A DNA stretch of 63,988 nucleotides, the filler included, from Pelomyxa schiedti (taxonomy: Eukaryota > Protista > Evosea): the NCBI GenBank assembly GCA_020536535.1. It is 6 parts of 6 records of this genome, joined end to end, with 100 filler letters (N's around TTAATTAATTAA, not from the genome) between each part and the next. Parts side by side here need not be neighbours in the genome. Positions count along the whole stretch, not along the records: positions 62,799 to 63,988 come from JAHLWZ010002720.1; 5 more parts are not named here. One strand, 5' to 3'. The translations under genes and the position numbers were made by a program. This document shows positions 62,799-63,988 of this stretch, one piece after another. How positions within the stretch are numbered: the first letter of the stretch is position 1; each line of letters begins with the position of its first letter. The notes below the pieces were generated by a model. It saw only the letters and a list, made by a program, of their open reading frames with translations, searched no databases and was not told where the DNA came from.

Positions 62799-63988
62799 AT
62801 TGAATTCACACCTTTACAGCAACATCAAACCCTCTCCATTTCGCTCTGAATACACTTCCCATGGCACCTTGTCCTATTTTTTCTCCTATTTTTTTTCAAG
62901 AGAGAGTGGGTCGCTCAGTCACAGAAGAAGTTCCACAAATAAAGGCGCAGCAAATGAATGTGTTATTGTACCATAATCTATCTCATCAGCATCCAATTTC
63001 AACGACTGTTCAACGCTGGCTGTCACTGGAATAATGATATTGAACGGTAGATCTAGCAAACAAACATATCAGCGTGAAGAAGGAAGAAAGATGTATAAGA
63101 TACGAGTACCTGAACACTTCAACGCAACTTCAAATGACAAATCCGATGTGCACTTGGGTGTTATTGATAACCGGAATGTGCACGTTTCGCTCTACGAAAT
63201 GTATATTTCCTATTTATTTTGTATTGCGCTCAAGGGTGTTGATGAAGACCCTACCTTGGAGAGTGAGCAGGACTCAGGGTCAATGTGAAACGCGTATTTA
63301 TGACTGTTGTTATTTTTTCCATGTGGCACAGATAGTGACAGGGTTCTGGTGGAACGCAGTGTATTCGTAACTGAAATCTCGTCATATGATTCCTTATCCA
63401 CCGAAAGAAGCTTGTCTTCAGTTCCGAAATTGATTTTTTGCTTTGAGAAAAGGAGACCATGTGCATCAGATGTCCAAGCAAATTTACTGTGCAAGGCGTT
63501 ACAGTTGTTTATATCTAGAAAAGGATATGCTGACTATACCACATTTCAGCAGCAGCAGCAGAGCCACCAAGAAGATATTGGTACTCGTTGTTTTTCTTTT
63601 TCTGGTGGTGCCTCAGAATTGCTATTGTTCCCGCCAAGACACCAAAAAAAGTGAACAGAGTTACTATGATGGCAATGGCTGGTCCAATAAGATCTTGGTG
63701 TGGTATTAATTAAATAAAAGCAAGGGCCGGAAGTACTTAGTTTGCAATCATTTGAAATTGGTTTTGTAGAAACCCAAAACACGTCGCATTCACACTTAGT
63801 TGTGCAACCAGAACCACCATCACTTCACTTTTGGGTGAAAATATCGTTGACAAAAAAAAGAGAAACTTACCACTGCTCATAAGGATCCACAATGGAATTG
63901 TTGCATGCTTAAGGCTGACTTAGAGAGATACGGATTTGAAAAGTAAAGGAAACCTGGGCCACAAGAAACTTCTGGGGTGGTATAGGCG
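62799..63988 (-). CDS. TKL-type protein kinase, internal fragment
   Basis: EKIGQGAMGSVFRAKWRGFDVAVK (~62812-62885, subdomains I-II), preceded by exons SLKLDADEI and KINFGTEDKLLSVDKESYDEISVTN. Confidence 0.8.

Overview
Gene-dense, intron-rich eukaryotic protist DNA: introns are mostly ~40-60 nt, standard code, and there are ten 100-nt assembly gaps. Gene content (CAR-type GPCR, Entamoeba-like TKL kinase, lineage-specific intronless family) suggests an amoebozoan, possibly an archamoeba such as Pelomyxa; this is inference only. Recognisable genes: a large USP deubiquitinase, long-tailed H2A.X, an H3 variant, aldo-keto reductases, intron-containing tRNA-Ile(UAU), a TRIM/RBCC protein, an SCP/FCP1-type phosphatase, a Sip5/DA2-like RING protein, four Rho-GTPase-Kelch-F-box genes, papain-family proteases, a cytochrome b5-domain protein, a GPCR and a TKL kinase. 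The most striking observation is an apparent circularly permuted tRNA-His(GUG) gene, present twice (50496-50570, 52694-52768). Its 3' half precedes its 5' half, the halves are joined by a 3-nt linker, the breakpoint falls at position 29/30 and the flanks are complementary. All exon structures were read by eye, so gene boundaries are approximate and no database search was run.
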